From: Negaprion brevirostris
Lineage: Eukaryota
Length of the DNA: 64,000 nucleotides
NCBI GenBank assembly: GCA_030324005.1
Contig: JARDVH010000157.1
Coordinates: 21,608,618 to 21,672,617 of the forward strand
Direction of reading: 5' to 3'
Shown: positions 34,371 through 48,146 of the stretch, in pieces
Numbering within the stretch: position 1 is the stretch's first letter
How the letters are laid out: each line of letters begins with the position of its first letter
Translations under genes and position numbers: made by a program
Notes under the pieces: generated by a model
What the model was told of the DNA's origin: nothing
The model's database searches: none
The model's input: only the letters and a program-made list of their open reading frames with translations

Positions 34371-37294
34371 TAAAATACCCATTTTGCATTTGGAGGATAG
34401 TCAATCAAGTTGAATTTTAGCAGCAACTTTTTCCAGAAATTAGAATTTTTCTTTTACAAAGCTTAGGGGAGCCCTTTGTCTAATGCTGCTTTTAGAAATA
34501 TTCCATTATGATGAAACATAGATTGTAGAATCAATGAATCCTACAGTGTATAAGGAGGCAATTCGGTCCATTGAGTCTGCACCGACTACAATCCCACCCA
34601 GGCCCTATCCCCGTTATCCCTTTGCATTTACCCTAGCTAGTCCCCTTGACATCATAAACAAAGTTTAGAGGTTTTTTGATGACTGTGTAAAAAAAAAAAT
34701 TGTTTTCTGCCTGAGGAACATTTCCAACTTGCTGTTCCCCAAATTTGTTTAAAGTGCACAGATGCTTGTGTTATTTAATTAAACCTCACCTGTGTCTGGC
34801 TAGCTGTACACCCATCTGGTTTTTCAGGGAACTATGCTGGTGATTTTGAAAACTAAATCATTGTACCTTCACTCTAAATATCCTCTGTGTTGCTAAATGA
34901 TCCTTGGATGTTGATTGCATGCCTAAATCTAAATTCTCTTGAAGGAATAATATGTGTAAGTTGAATATCTTATTGGATGTTGGACCCTACAGTTGGCAAC
35001 GTTCCAAAACCATGACTTGGTGGGATTGCCATCATTTTTCTCTGCTTTGTGCCTAGTGCACACTAAGTTGTGTAATAATGCCAAGAACTCTCTGCTTATG
35101 AACCATTTCTTGTAATCCAATGTTTCTGCCGCTAAGTGAATTGCATCCATATGGATCTTGAAGTTGTGGATGGCTGGTCAGTCAAAAATGATGAGGATTT
35201 AACTCTTCTGATTTCTTGCAGTACTTTTGCTAGTACATCCTCCTAATCAAGAGCAGCTGCTGTTTGCACACAGTGAATCAGCTTCCTGTGGCTGTCCGAT
35301 GCCCTTCAATTCTCCAGGTGGTTTTGGGAGCTTTGTTGATCTTCCTGGACTGTTCTGTGACGCCGTAGATTATTTCTATTCAAAGTTTGTGGAGAAATGA
35401 AAGGGCTTGATTAGTTTGTGTGTTTTCTACAACTTTTACTTGTGCCCTATAGGTGCTGATTCATTAAATGATCGTTGTCTATTCATGCAACATCTGGCCA
35501 CTCAGAGACATTTTCTTAAGTTAAAATTAGTGGCACTTTACAATACTGGTTGCTTTGTTAGACTCTGATTAGTCATTGGTGGGAATATGACTGTTGAAAT
35601 ATTTAATAGAGAATTTAAAAATGGCAATTATTTTTCTCACATGGCAAATAATGTGTACATTTTTTGTCTATGTCATAGTCCCTCACAAACACTCACTGTT
35701 TTCATTAAGAAGTTGATTTACAATCCAGGATTTAGCACATCTGTTGCTGTTTTTCTATGACTGCAGTCCTACCAATTATAGCTCATTAAAAATGTCAGTC
35801 CTGTTGAGGTAAAATGTTCTTGAGAATGCTTTCTAATTATTGAAGTATTAGCCTCCAAATATTGTGCAGTGCAGTGCTACGTAGTTGCTTTGCTATTAAT
35901 TCCAGTATGAATGTGGAAAGTAAAAACTGTCTCTAGCACGATATCTTTTAAAATTGCTCTGAAGTACTTTGACCCTGGGACTAAATTGTGACTTGTCAAC
36001 TTGAAGTAAATGTTTGTGTGCAACACACAGAAATATTTGGAACCTGTTATGATTGCATATGTGTGGAGCCGTTAAAGTATTTTTGACAGCTCAGGATGAT
36101 GGCATGATAGCTCCTATATCATTTAAAGCAGTAAACTAGTTGGAGCATTGTTTCCAAACAGTGGTTTCAGGATCCCAAGGCAACCATGAAAGACATGTTT
36201 TTGTAATTTTCAGTTTGCATGCTGACTATTCTTTGTTTAACTTAGTAAAAATCTTATCTGCATGGTTTCTTGCACTTTTTTTTCTGTTATAAATACCTAT
36301 GTCCACGTTTGCAATGGAAACTGCCAATGCAGACTACTTGCATCATATTTATAACATCAGCAATGTTACTGTGATTTATCAGAGGATGCAGCACACCTAG
36401 TAGCTATAGTATCATGAAAATTGGTTTATTTCCCAACCCACACTCGCACCATTTTACAGTTTCTCATTCTTGAGGATCCGTGAAGTTTTCCACCTAGAAT
36501 AACATCAGTTCCTTAGATTCCAACTCCTTATACCAGCTTCCTTTCCCCAGCATATCCTTTATTTCTTTCAGAAATGTTGTTCATCAATTCTCTTNNNNNN
36601 NNNTCAAAAGAAAAAGTTCTCTCCATCCCTGTTCTCTCCAGTTACACCCCTATCTCTAGCCTCCTCTTCCTTTCAGTTTAAAGTCCAAGAAAGTCATCGT
36701 TACAATTATGATCACATCATTACATGTTCAATGCCCTTAAGTGAAGATTCTACCATGCTTGCAATACCAACACTTGTTAGTCACAAACATTGTGGTGTGT
36801 TACTCCTTTCCTCATCTTTCGTGACCTCTGTGGAGCCTAAATACTGGCAACCATTCCATCCTCTTTGAAATCCCACCTCCTCCACAAGCACTATTTGCTC
36901 ATGATTCGTCCCCTACCTGTAGTTTAGTAGATACTTTATTGTCATTAGTGATTTCTTTTTCCACTCCTGCATAGTTTGTAGCATAAGCTTTCCACCTTTA
37001 GGCCCTTTCTTTTCATTAATCACGTGCTACAGTTAACATTTTTGCATCTGTTCCACCTTTAGTCTAGATTGTTTCATCTCTTGTATCTTGCATCACTCTC
37101 GGACAAGTTCTTTAAGAGTGCTATCTTAGTCTTGGGATCTAGATAAGCAGTCAGAAACATTTCTCTCAATCTAGACACATTTTTAGTTTGAAGCCAGCTG
37201 TGTGATGGTGAATTTTAAGGGACTGGGTGAGATGGTGGCCTGGAAGGAGCAAGCCCTATTCCAGATGAATTCAACAAAATTAGTTTGAAATATT

Positions 37295-38895
37295 GAAACA
37301 CAGAAAATAGATGCAGGAGTAGGCTGTTCAGCTGTTGGAACCTGCTCCACCGTTCATTATAATCATGGCTGTTCATCTAACTCAGTCGCCTGAAGCTGTA
37401 ACCCGCACCCACCCCACTTTGCCCCAAGGGCTATATCTAGGTTCTTCTTGAAAACGTACAATGTTTTAGCCTGTTTCTGTGGTAGCAAATTCCACAGGCT
37501 TACCATTTCTTTGGGTGAAGAAATTTCTCCTCATCTCAGTCCTAAAACATTTCCCTGTATCCTTTGACTGACACCTGGTTCTGGATACACCTACCATCAG
37601 GAACATCCCTTCTGCATCTACACTATCTAGTCTTGGTTTCTATGATAAACCCCATCATTCTTCTGACCTCCAACAAATAGAAGCCTAACCAACTCAACCT
37701 CTCTTCATATGTCTGCCACACCATCCCAGGAATCGGTCTGGTAAACCTTCCCTCTTGAGAAAGAATATCCTTTGTCAGATGGACACCAAAGCTACGCACA
37801 GTATTCTAGGTGTGGCCTCACCAAGACCCTGTAAAATTGCAGCAAGACATTCCTGCTCCTGTAGTTGATAAAGGCCAGCATATCATTTGCCATCTTACCA
37901 CCTGCATGTTTTCCTTCAGCAACTGACGTATGAGGACACCTAGGTCTCATTTCACATTCCCCTCTCTTAATTTATAGCCATTCAGGTAATAATCTGCCTT
38001 TATTTTTACTACTAAAGTGGATAACGTTAGATTTATCCACATTATAATGCATCTGCCATGCATTTACCCACCTGCTGAGCTTGAATAAATCACACTGATT
38101 CTCTGCATCCTCCTCGCAGTTCACCCTCCCAACTGGCTTTATGTAATCCACATTTTTAGAGATATTACATTTAGTTCACTCATCTAAGTCATTAATATAT
38201 ATTGTGCATAGCTGGGGCCCATCACCCATCTCTGTGATCACTCCCTGCCATTTGGAAAATGACTTGTATATTCCTACTCTTTGTTTCTTGCCTGCCAACC
38301 AGTTTCCTATCTGTCTCAATACACCACCCCAATCCCCAATCTCATGTGCTTTAAACTTATAATGCTAATCTCTTATGTGGGATTTTGGATTTTCAGGAGG
38401 CTTTTGGTGAACAAGCACATCCATCGGTTCCCCCTCATCAAGTCTACTAGTTACATCCTCAAAGAATAGATTTGTTAATCATGATTTCCCTTTTGTAAAT
38501 CCATGCTGACTCTGTCTGATTCTACCACTGTTTACCAAGTGTTTAGTTAAGAAATCTTTGATAATAGACTCTAGAATTTTCCTCACTACTAACATCAGGC
38601 TGACTGGTCTATAATTCACTACCTCCTCCCTACCTCCCTTTTTAAATAGTGGAGCCACATTAGCTACCTGCCAATCTGTAGGTATTGTTTGAGTCTATAA
38701 AATCTTGGAAGATGACTACTAATGCATCCACTATTTCTAGGGCCACTTCCTTAAGTACACTGGGATTAGATTATTACACCCTGAGGATTTATTAACCTTC
38801 AACCCCGTCGATTTCCCCAACACCGCTTCTGTACTGATAATACGAATGATTTCCTTCAGTTTCTCCCTCTCTCTAAACTCAACATTTCTGATATG
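37295..38895 (-). mobile_element. CR1-type LINE, 3' ~1.6 kb, decayed
   Basis: Collinear with 62-870 and extends into the RT region: CATCAGGCTGACTGGTCTATAATT (NYRPVSL) and AATCCATGCTGACT (SQHGF) read on the minus strand. Confidence 0.88.
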
Positions 38896-38929
38896 TTGTT
38901 TGGTTTTCCAACTCTAGGTTTGAAGGAAA

Positions 38930-39375
38930 GGAATGGAGCTACTTTTGAACAAATAGAAATGGTGCAGAGAAGACTTATGCAAATGGTTCCAGAGATGTAG
39001 AACTTCAGTTATGTTGAGAAATGGGGGATAGCTGTGACTAGAGGTGTTCAAAATAGAATGGTTTGGGAAAAACTGTTCCAGTTGGCGGAAGGACTGAGAA
39101 TCTTAGGATGCTTGATTAGCAAAAGAGGCAATGGCCGATGTGAGGAAAAACCTTTTTATGCAGAGTGATTCGGGTCTGGAATGCACTGCCTGATACTTTG
39201 ATGTTGGCAGATTCAATTGTGACTTTCCAAAGTGAATTTGATAACTACCTGAAGAGAGAGCATTTGCAGATTCTTGGGGTGTTGGGGATGAAGTGAATTA
39301 CTCTTGCATAGGGCTGGCAAGAACAATGAACAAGAAGGACCAGATAGCATCTTTCTCTGCCCTAATTGCCTGATT
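38930..39375 (+). mobile_element. Old CR1 3' fragment
   Basis: GGTGCAGAGAAGAC...GTCTGGAATGCACTGCCTG (VWNALP), followed by a tail. Confidence 0.65.
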
Positions 39376-41729
39376 CCATTCTGTAACCTGTCTGTGGGAA
39401 TGTGAAGTTGCTGAAATAGGAAATAATCACATCAATTGGAATCTTCACACTTGGCTGAGTGAGATAAGATATTAACATCCATAGTTCAAGAAATACAAGG
39501 AAAAAGATGTACAATTATAATTTTTTAAAAAAAGCTAACATTTGATTTGGACTGTGGTTGAATTTCCCAGCCAAGAAGTTTGACCACAGGTTTTCCATAT
39601 TATGCATTATATCACTATTAAATTGCTTATTTGTTAATGTATTCACTTAAATATTAATTTTTAAAATTAGATATGATTTGACGTCCTACACTTTATTGAA
39701 GACCAATGTAAGTTTCTGTAGTGACATTGGATAAATAGTAAATTAAAAATAACTAAATTATAAGTTTGTTGTCATGAATGCAGATTTCAAGGCTGGGGGA
39801 AAATCACTTGAAGGTAGAGGGTGCTGGATTTCACCCATGAGATCTAAATTGTGACTGCCAACATAATTTGGAATATGGGTAGAAAAGATCTAAAAGTGTA
39901 ACAACTCTTTCTTTTTACTTTTCCATTTCTAATTTTGTGTTTTTAGTGTCAGTTTCCTTTTTAATGAGATTTGGATTTGGGAGTCAGTTTACTGATTGAC
40001 ATGTTCCAAAGATTCAATCCAATCAGCGATAGGCACTGAATCAAACTGGTCACTTAGTCTGGAACTATTGCTAAATGCAATACAGGAAGGAACATTAAAT
40101 AGCATCTGGTGTGTGTGTGACATATATTCAAGACAACAGTCACTTTCTCAGACTCAAACTAAATGTAATCAAAAATGTTCTTTGTACACCAATGCTTTTG
40201 TAGGCAAGTGAGGATAAATATTGCCTATATGGGGAAGGTAAAGAGGTTACGGTTTGACCATTCAAGCCATTCCCAATGTAATGAGAGTCTCAACTCCTGG
40301 GAGTGAAGTTCCCAATGCATCTCCTGTGTGCTTGCTGCCCAGTTATTGCTTTGAATGTTAGAGGAAACTGAGTGGTTTGCATACCACACAGCTGTGATCT
40401 AATTTATTCTTGTCACTGTTCCCTACTTATCTTCGTGTGGAAAAATACTCCCCACATATGCTTCACTGTTTCAACTGATGTTGTGTTTGTGTTCACTTGA
40501 TTTCCCAGCCGATTATTATGCACTAAGTTTGGTTTTGAGGTATACAACGTATTCCCCCATGCCTTGGCAGGGTCTTTGCGAATTTTGAAGCTGATTTCTT
40601 TGCTGTTAATGAAGATGTTGCACAAGGTGAAAAGTACAATGAGCTCCAGCAATAAAAATATCTTCAGTTTAAATGTAATTTTATTAGCAGATTCTTAAGT
40701 CACTGGTTTACTAAATTGGATAGTTTAACATACTTTTAAGTGCTGAACAAATTATTATTCAATGTCATTCATTTTGGACTGTAGCAGAAATGTTATTTTG
40801 GAAGGGAGTTGGGACCCCTCGGCTCAATAATATGTCTTAAAGACTCTGCTTAGTCTTGCTGGAATATGCCAAGGTCTACTTTGTGATTTATGATTTTCTT
40901 AAGGCCATCTAATTCCTCAAGCCCCCAGAGTTATCGTATAAACACCTGCATCTTGTAGAATCTATTGGAAAGGGCAGTGATTTTGAATGCACAGAGACTT
41001 TTCATGGTCTAATGGCTTTGGAAATCCAATCAACCTGCTGTTAATAAGAGCCTAACCAGTTTCTTCCCTTATTAGCAGAAGTTCTTAGGTGAGTTGCGCA
41101 TGACCTTGTGTAGCTCTGGAAATTAACCCAAACCTTTTGTGTTGGATTGACTGCTGTGAGGAGCCTGCAGAACTGATGTGTCCAAAAAACTTCTGAAGAA
41201 TGAAGTCAGACTAAAAGCGTAGCAGCTGCATTCTTTTGAAATAATTAAAGATTTCAGTGTTTGTTATTTGTACCACTTATACTTTTATTTGGATAACATG
41301 TTGAGAGTTTCTTCCTCCCAAATGCTGAAGAAGTTCAAAACAAAATTCGGATAGTGGTAACTTCTTTAAACTTAGACTCAAAGGCTGCATATCCCATAAA
41401 CTCTCAAGTACAGCCTCCTTAATTATACTGACCGGTACAGTGGTACCGTAAGTAATGAGAACCGTACCATAATATATTACTTGTTCTTTCTCCCCCTTTT
41501 AAAAGGTTACTTGTTTTAATGAAATGCAAATTGATTGTGTGCATTGGTTTCAAGTATTTCTAATAAAGGATCAATCTGAGTAAAAGTAGTTTGTTTTTAT
41601 TTCTGATATAGTTAGGCTAACAACAAACGTAATCTAATGTGCTATTAAACATGCTAAATATAAGCAATTTGTAGTGAATATAACACAAGTTTTGTTCTAA
41701 AACATTGACCAATAGTGGAATCATATCTA

Positions 41730-41990
41730 ATATTGGGCACTGTTTTGCATCTTGCAAGCGCAGGCTGGTTGGCTACGTTTGTTGAGGGTTAGTCACCATC
41801 AACTGGTGCGTTTTCCATGACACCGCCTCTACCAATCACAGCCCATTTGTAAACCAATCAGCACATCTTATGCAGTATAAAGTTGTTGTTTCCTCTGACA
41901 TTGACATTCTTGTAATTGTTCTGATGACTGGAAGGCAAAAGGCTTTGACAAAATGTTTTCTTTCCAGCAATACTCAAGTTCTGTACTACA
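41730..41990 (+). mobile_element. Penelope-type terminal-repeat-like fragment with a hammerhead relic
   Basis: Two CCAATC boxes and TATAAA, then TTGTT-CTGATGA-CTGGAAGGC-AAAA-GGCTTT-GACAA (41916-41951). Confidence 0.55.
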
Positions 41991-41994
41991 AGTG

Positions 41995-42203
41995 ATGGAG
42001 GACAGGAGAAGGTTAACCCAAGTGTCTTGGCCAATATTTACCCTTCAACTGACCAGATTATTTGGCCATTTTTATGTTGCTATTTGTGGGTGTTTGCTGT
42101 GTGCAAATTGGTTGCTGTATGGCTCCAGATGTACTTCATTAGCTGTAAAGTGCTTTGACGTATCTGGTGATTGTGAAGGGCACTATAAATGCAAGTTTTT
42201 TTA
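41995..42203 (+). mobile_element. Deu-domain SINE 3' part
   Basis: GTGTCTTGGCCAATATTTACCCTTCAAC...GCTGTGTGCAAATTGGTTGC...GCACTATAAATGCAAGTT. Confidence 0.7.
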
Positions 42204-44550
42204 AACCATTTTTCAGATTTTTAAACATTCACTTATTTACCAGCCCTGATTTCTTCCTGTTTTTAGTGAGTAAGTGACCCAATGTCAAGCCATTTGGCAC
42301 TGAAATCAATGCATTGTTGAAGATGGTTGCACCATAACCCTGTGGAGGGAGGGGCTATCTCTGACAGCAACTTCTTGATTTTTATGTGATTTCTGTGTTC
42401 AACTATACATGTGTACTCTAGAAATCATTGTCCAATTTACTTTGTAATAATGGTGAAGACCATTGCAGTTTATCACTCTAAAATCAGGACCAATTGATTC
42501 TTGTTACCTTTTTAAAAATACAGCTCTCTATATATGTTGACAGTAAAGTCTACTTTAAAATTCTGTGGCCAGGCTTTGCAAATTTTCTGTAGGGTGATTC
42601 AGGGCAGGAAAATTTTCAATTGTTTAGTTTTATTCAACAGAAAAAAGGAATGAAGTGCAAAATTTCAACAGTCAGTAAGCTTGTCTTGTTTTGCTGCTTA
42701 ATTTACAAAACCTGAGTAAGTCTTTTGATATATTGTGTTACTACTTTTGCATTCTTTAAAGAAAGAAATCCCGACAGGAACAGTTGATTGTAAGATGTTG
42801 AATCATTGCATCCTGTTGTAGTTCATTTTTGTTATTGGCTTTTGCCCTGAAAATGCCTCCTAATTATGTTTGGTCAGTACAAATAGAAAGCATATTTAGG
42901 CTGTTTGGAGTTTGGGGTCATGAAAGTATTTTGAATATTATTCCAGTTTAAATCTTCACAAAGTTGTAGCTTGTTGAGTGGCCAATATTAACGTCAATTT
43001 TTTACATATGAATGTATTAGGGTGCAATACTTTTAAGGGTGTTGGGTTTTTTGTGCATTTATGTTGAGAAGGAGCAAGACAAAGGAGGAAGAATGCATCC
43101 TGCTAAGTAAAGGGTAATTAAGTGTAGCCAGCCTTTCAGGCCTGAGAGCCATAGGGATAAAAACAATAAAGCTTGCAAATATTCCAACCTTTTTGTGCTG
43201 CAGCTTAAGTTCTGCCACTGCTATTACCTCTGCAGAAGTTGAGCCATTCAACTTTAGCAACAGCACTTTCAGTATAAAAAGCATTTGATAATATAAAATA
43301 TTAGTGCAATCTTTAGTACACTTTTGTGGCAACAAAAGTTTCTTCTATTATTAATTTGAAGCTTTTGATTCTGAGTGCTGCAAAAATTAGAAATGCCATA
43401 ATTTATTAAATAATGAAAACATTATTAGCAATACTAATAATAAATAACATGATTAATTGTAAAACAACTACACTGGCCTTGCACAAAAGTTAGCGGGACG
43501 TCCAATGTGTTTTGGAATTTAAGCTGAGGCAAAAATTCCAACCATCACATTTTTGAAACAGGTCTTCAGTTTCCAAAAATTATAACACTAAGAATTAACA
43601 ATGAAGCAAAATCCAATCATTTCTAACAGCCAAGGTAATTGTTAAACATTTTTTGTAAAATAAAAGGCCATATATATCAGTTTGCTTTGGCCAAGTAATG
43701 TTGCAGCCCTGAAATGTCATGGTTAGTTCCCACCAGTTGTTTCCCTTGTGGTCACCTTTGCTTTTAGCAGAAGTTGCATGTAGCAAACACAGCCTTTCAA
43801 ACTGAGTTTCTAATGAAGGGTCACACATGGAGAGTTGCCTTTTGTTTGTTTCAGATGATGACTGGTTTTCTTTCCAGCGCCCAGCATTCACGTGTTCTTA
43901 ATTCTAAGATGGGCAATCTGACTTTTTGATTTTTTGCAATGATGCATGATCTGCCTTATCTGTGAATTGCCAGTTTAAAGTTCTGAAATGAGCTGTGAAC
44001 ACTTCAAGCACATTTTTAAGGTTTATGCCCAGTTGAACTTTTACACTTATATAACCTAGTGCAAGGAATTCTGCATTTGTGTTTCAACTGGAAACCGTGT
44101 AATGCACAAAGAGGTCTGGGTATTTTTAATAGCTTTTGGTTCCACCAAATGTGAGGCACATTTACATATCGTATAAACTGCATTGATGAAAGTTTGGTAT
44201 CAATAGCTTCAGCAAAAAACAAATACTGCCAAGTTGAAACTTTTAAAGTTTTTGAGTCAGTGATGCAGATTTGATGAAAAGTGGAAAGGAAATTTGACTA
44301 ACTTGCTTCCCTACAGAGGTGAAATAAATCTGAGTGGAATATCCTGAGGTAGACTGTGTAGCCAGCTGGTAGACAAGTCTGGAAGAATGGAGCTATTGTT
44401 AGCTGACTCTTATTAGCTGAATAAAGTTTTTTGTATTTCTGTTGCTGCTTCGTAATCACATTAAAAGTAAATACAATTTGCTTTTTCTTTGCATGGCAAA
44501 GGAGCCATGATAAGACATCCTTTTGGGGAAGCTGGAATCATCCCTCGTGT

Positions 44551-47113
44551 AAGAACAAAGAAAATACAGCACAGGAACAGGCCCTTTGGCCCTCCAAGCC
44601 TGCACTGATCATGTGTTCCTAACTAGACCATCCATTTGTATCCCTGTATTCCCAGTCTGTTCATGTGGCTATCTAGATAAGTCTTAAATGACCCTAGCAT
44701 GTCTGCCTCAACCACCTTGCTTGGTAGTGCATTCCAGGCACCCACCACCCTCTATGTAAAAAAAAAAAAAAGTCCCCGCATATCTGTATTGAACCTTGTC
44801 CCCCTTACCTTGAACTTGTGACCCCTTGTGTTNNNNNNNNNNNNNNNNNNNNNNNNNNNNNNNNNNNNNNNNNNNNNNNNNNNNNNNNNNNNNNNNNNNN
44901 NNNNNNNNNNNNNNNNNNNNNNNNNNNNNNNNNNNNNNNNNNNNNNNNNNNNNNNNNNNNNNNNNNNNNNNNNNNNNNNNNNNNNNNNNNNNNNNNNNNN
45001 NNNNNNNNNNNNNNNNNNNNNNNNNNNNNNNNNNNNNNNNNNNNNNNNNNNNTATTCCAAATGTGGCCTAACCAATGTTCAAAAAACTGCAACATCATAT
45101 GCCAGCTTTTATACTCTCTGCTCTGTCCAATAAAGGCAAGCGTGCCATATGCGGCCTTCACTACCTTTTCCACCTGTGCTGCCATCTTTAGGATCTGTGG
45201 ACTTGCACACCCAGATCCCTCTGTGTATCTATACTCCTGATGGTTCTGCCATTTATTGTATAGCTCCCCCCTACATTATATTTACCAAAATGCATCCCTT
45301 CACATTTATCTAGATTAAATTCCATCTGCCATTTCTCCGCCCAATTCTATATCCTGTTGTAATCTCTAACAATGTTCATCATTATCCACAACTCCAGCAA
45401 TCCTTGTGTTGTCCGCAAACTTAATCAGACCAGCTACATCTTCTTCCAAATTGTTTATATGTCTCACAATCAGCAGACGTCCCAGTACAGATACCTGTAG
45501 AACACCACTAGTCACAGACCTCCAATCGGAAAAAGACTCCTCCACTGCTACCCTCTGTCTTCTATGGCCAAGCCAGTTCTGTAGCCATCTAGCTAGTTCA
45601 CCTTTGATCCCGTGAGATTTAACGTTTTGCACCAGCCTGCCACAAGGGACCTTGTCAAATGCTTTACTAAAATCCACATGAACGACATCCACGGTCCTTC
45701 CCTCAATCATTTTTGTCACCTCTTCAAAAAACTCAACCAAATTTGTGAGATATGACCTCCCTCGTACAAAACCGTGTTGCCAATCGCTAATGAGACTGTT
45801 CAGTTCTAAATGTATATAGATCCTATCTCTAAGAATCTTCTCCAACAATTTCCCTACCACGGACGTCAACTCACTGGCCTACAATTACCCGGGTTATCCT
45901 TGCTACCTTTCTTAAATAACGGGGCCACATTTTCTATCCTCCAATCCTCTGGGACCTCACCTGTGTCCAAAGATTTGGACACAGAAACAAAAATTTCTGT
46001 TAGAGGCCCAGCAATTTCATCTCGTCTCTCTCAGTAATCTAGGACAGATGCCACCAGGCCCTGGNNNNNNNNNNNNNNNNNNNNNNNNNNNNNNNNNNNN
46101 NNNNNNNNNNNNNNNNNNNNNNNNNNNNNNNNNNNNNNNNNNNNNNNNNNNNNNNNNNNNNNNNNNNNNNNNNNNNNNNNNNNNNNNNNNNNNNNNNNNN
46201 NNNNNNNNNNNNNNNNNNNNNNNNNNNNNNNNNNNNNNNNNNNNNNNNNNNNNNNNNNNNNNNNNNNNNNNNNNNNNNNNNNNNNNNNNNNNNNNNNNNN
46301 NNNNNNNNNNNNNNNNNNNNNNNNNNNNNNNNNNNNNNNNNNNNNNNNNNNNNNNNNNNNNNNNNNNNNNNNNNNNNNNNNNNNNNNNNNNNNNNNNNNN
46401 NNNNNNNNNNNNNNNNNNNNNNNNNNNNNNNNNNNNNNNNNNNNNNNNNNNNNNNNNNNNNNNNNNNNNNNNNNNNNNNNNNNNNNNNNNNNNNNNNNNN
46501 NNNNNNNNNNNNNNNNNNNNNNNNNNNNNNNNNNNNNNNNNNNNNNNNNNNNNNNNNNNNNNNNNNNNNNNNNNNNNNNNNNNNNNNNNNNNNNNNNNNN
46601 NNNNNNNNNNNNNNNNNNNNNNNNNNNNNNNNNNNNNNNNNNNNNNNNNNNNNNNNNNNNNNNNNNNNNNNNNNNNNNNNNNNNNNNNNNNNNNNNNNNN
46701 NNNNNNNNNNNNNNNNNNNNNNNNNNNNNNNNNNNNNNNNNNNNNNNNNNNNNNNNNNNNNNNNNNNNNNNNNNNNNNNNNNNNNNNNNNNNNNNNNNNN
46801 NNNNNNNNNNNNNNNNNNNNNNNNNNNNNNNNNNNNNNNNNNNNNNNNNNNNNNNNNNNNNNNNNNNNNNNNNNNNNNNNNNNNNNNNNNNNNNNNNNNN
46901 NNNNNNNNNNNNNNNNNNNNNNNNNNNNNNNNNNNNNNNNNNNNNNNNNNNNNNNNNNNNNNNNNNNNNNNNNNNNNNNNNNNATCTGTCTACCTTAATG
47001 CTTCCTAAAACACCTAACACTTCCTCCCTTGTAATTGCGATTTGTTCTAACGGGTCTATACATCCCTCTGAGACACTACCAATTAGCGTGTCCCCCTCCT
47101 TTGCTCCGTGAAT
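44551..47113 (-). mobile_element. CR1/HER1-like LINE, relatively young, with reverse transcriptase (gapped)
   Basis: ORF 45366..45869 reads SVVGKLLEKILRD...QHGFVRGRSYLTNLVEFFEEVT...DFSKAFDKVP...SGVLQVSVLG...KFADNT (RT motifs, catalytic DD mutated to DN). The 3' tail is at 44551. Confidence 0.95.
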
Positions 47114-47754
47114 GTGCGCCTCCAACTCCCTACATAAGCTGAATGTTGCCTTCCCAAACCCTAGCTAAACCAGTCTTAGACTTTGACAAGCCTATTAAAG
47201 GAGTTATTCAGGCAGGAAGCCAGGCAAGAATACTGATGAGATGCTTCAACTCCCCCCATATAGCTGGTGGCTTGAGTTTCTCAAACTTTAAGCAGTATTA
47301 GGCAGCCCAATCCCAAGGCATCATTGCTTGGATCAGGCTTCCAAAACTTTTGTCTTGGCGTAGAGGTATTTAAGTTTACAAACTCTTAAGAATCTATCCA
47401 CACAAACGCCTCTTCTTTGTGTACTTTCTGTAATGACAAATTGAAGAAACTGAGATTGACTTTTTTTAGTATGTGAAGACTGAATTTACAGTACTTGGAA
47501 TAAATCCATCTTTCCTGTGAATGGGTTTGTTCATAATTTTTTGAAGTTTATAAGAATACATGCTGACAGGTTTTGCCCTGTAAATAAATATTATTGCTGT
47601 TAGGCACCGCAGGTTGATCTGTACTGTTTGCAAACTAGATGTTGATCCTGTTGATTTAGTTATTTAGTAAAAACCATCATGTTTTAAACCAAAGCTTCAG
47701 GGAGAGAATGTATTTGCATGTTTCATGGTAGTTGCCCAAGGGGTTAGAAAAAAA

Positions 47755-48146
47755 ACCTCACATTTATATAGCATCTTTCATAGCTGTACGATGTCACAAA
47801 ACACTTTTAAGACCCAATAAAGTTATTTTGAAGTATAATCATTATAATAATATAGGAACCATCGCAGCTGATTAACGCACAGCATGCTCCCACAAACAGC
47901 AATGTGATAATTAATAAGTGATCTGTTTTGTAATTGAAGAATAATTGTTGGCCCACGATACCAGGGATATCTCCTCCTGCCCTTTGCTTGGTAATGCCAG
48001 GGGATCCTAAAGGGTTAACACATTCGGCAGTACAGCACTCCCTCAGTACTGCACTGGAGTATTGACCCTGTGCCCTAGTCTCGGAAAGGGACTTGAACTC
48101 CTTATGACCCAGAGGTGAGAGTACAACTGACTGAACCGTGGCTGAC
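47755..48146 (-). mobile_element. Deu-domain SINE, near full length
   Basis: CATTTATATAGCATCTTTCA...CTCCCACAAACAGCAATGTGATAA...CAGCACTCCCTCAGTACTGCACTGGAGT...GGGACTTGAAC (B-box on the minus strand). Confidence 0.8.

Noticed and set aside
39671-39707. Possible 37-nt cassette or poison exon (AG...GTAAGT) in intron 2
   Set aside because: The acceptor lacks a good pyrimidine tract, the exonic side of the donor (AAT) is poor, and there is no other support.
43805-43880. TTCTAATGAAGGGTCACAC, resembling another hammerhead/PLE tail (similar tail at ~50987-51058)
   Set aside because: Too degenerate: the core is mutated and the GAAA arm cannot be placed.
46031-47125. Very long ORFs (also 61148-62190 and 44752-45240)
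   Set aside because: They run through N gaps and are artefacts of undetermined sequence.
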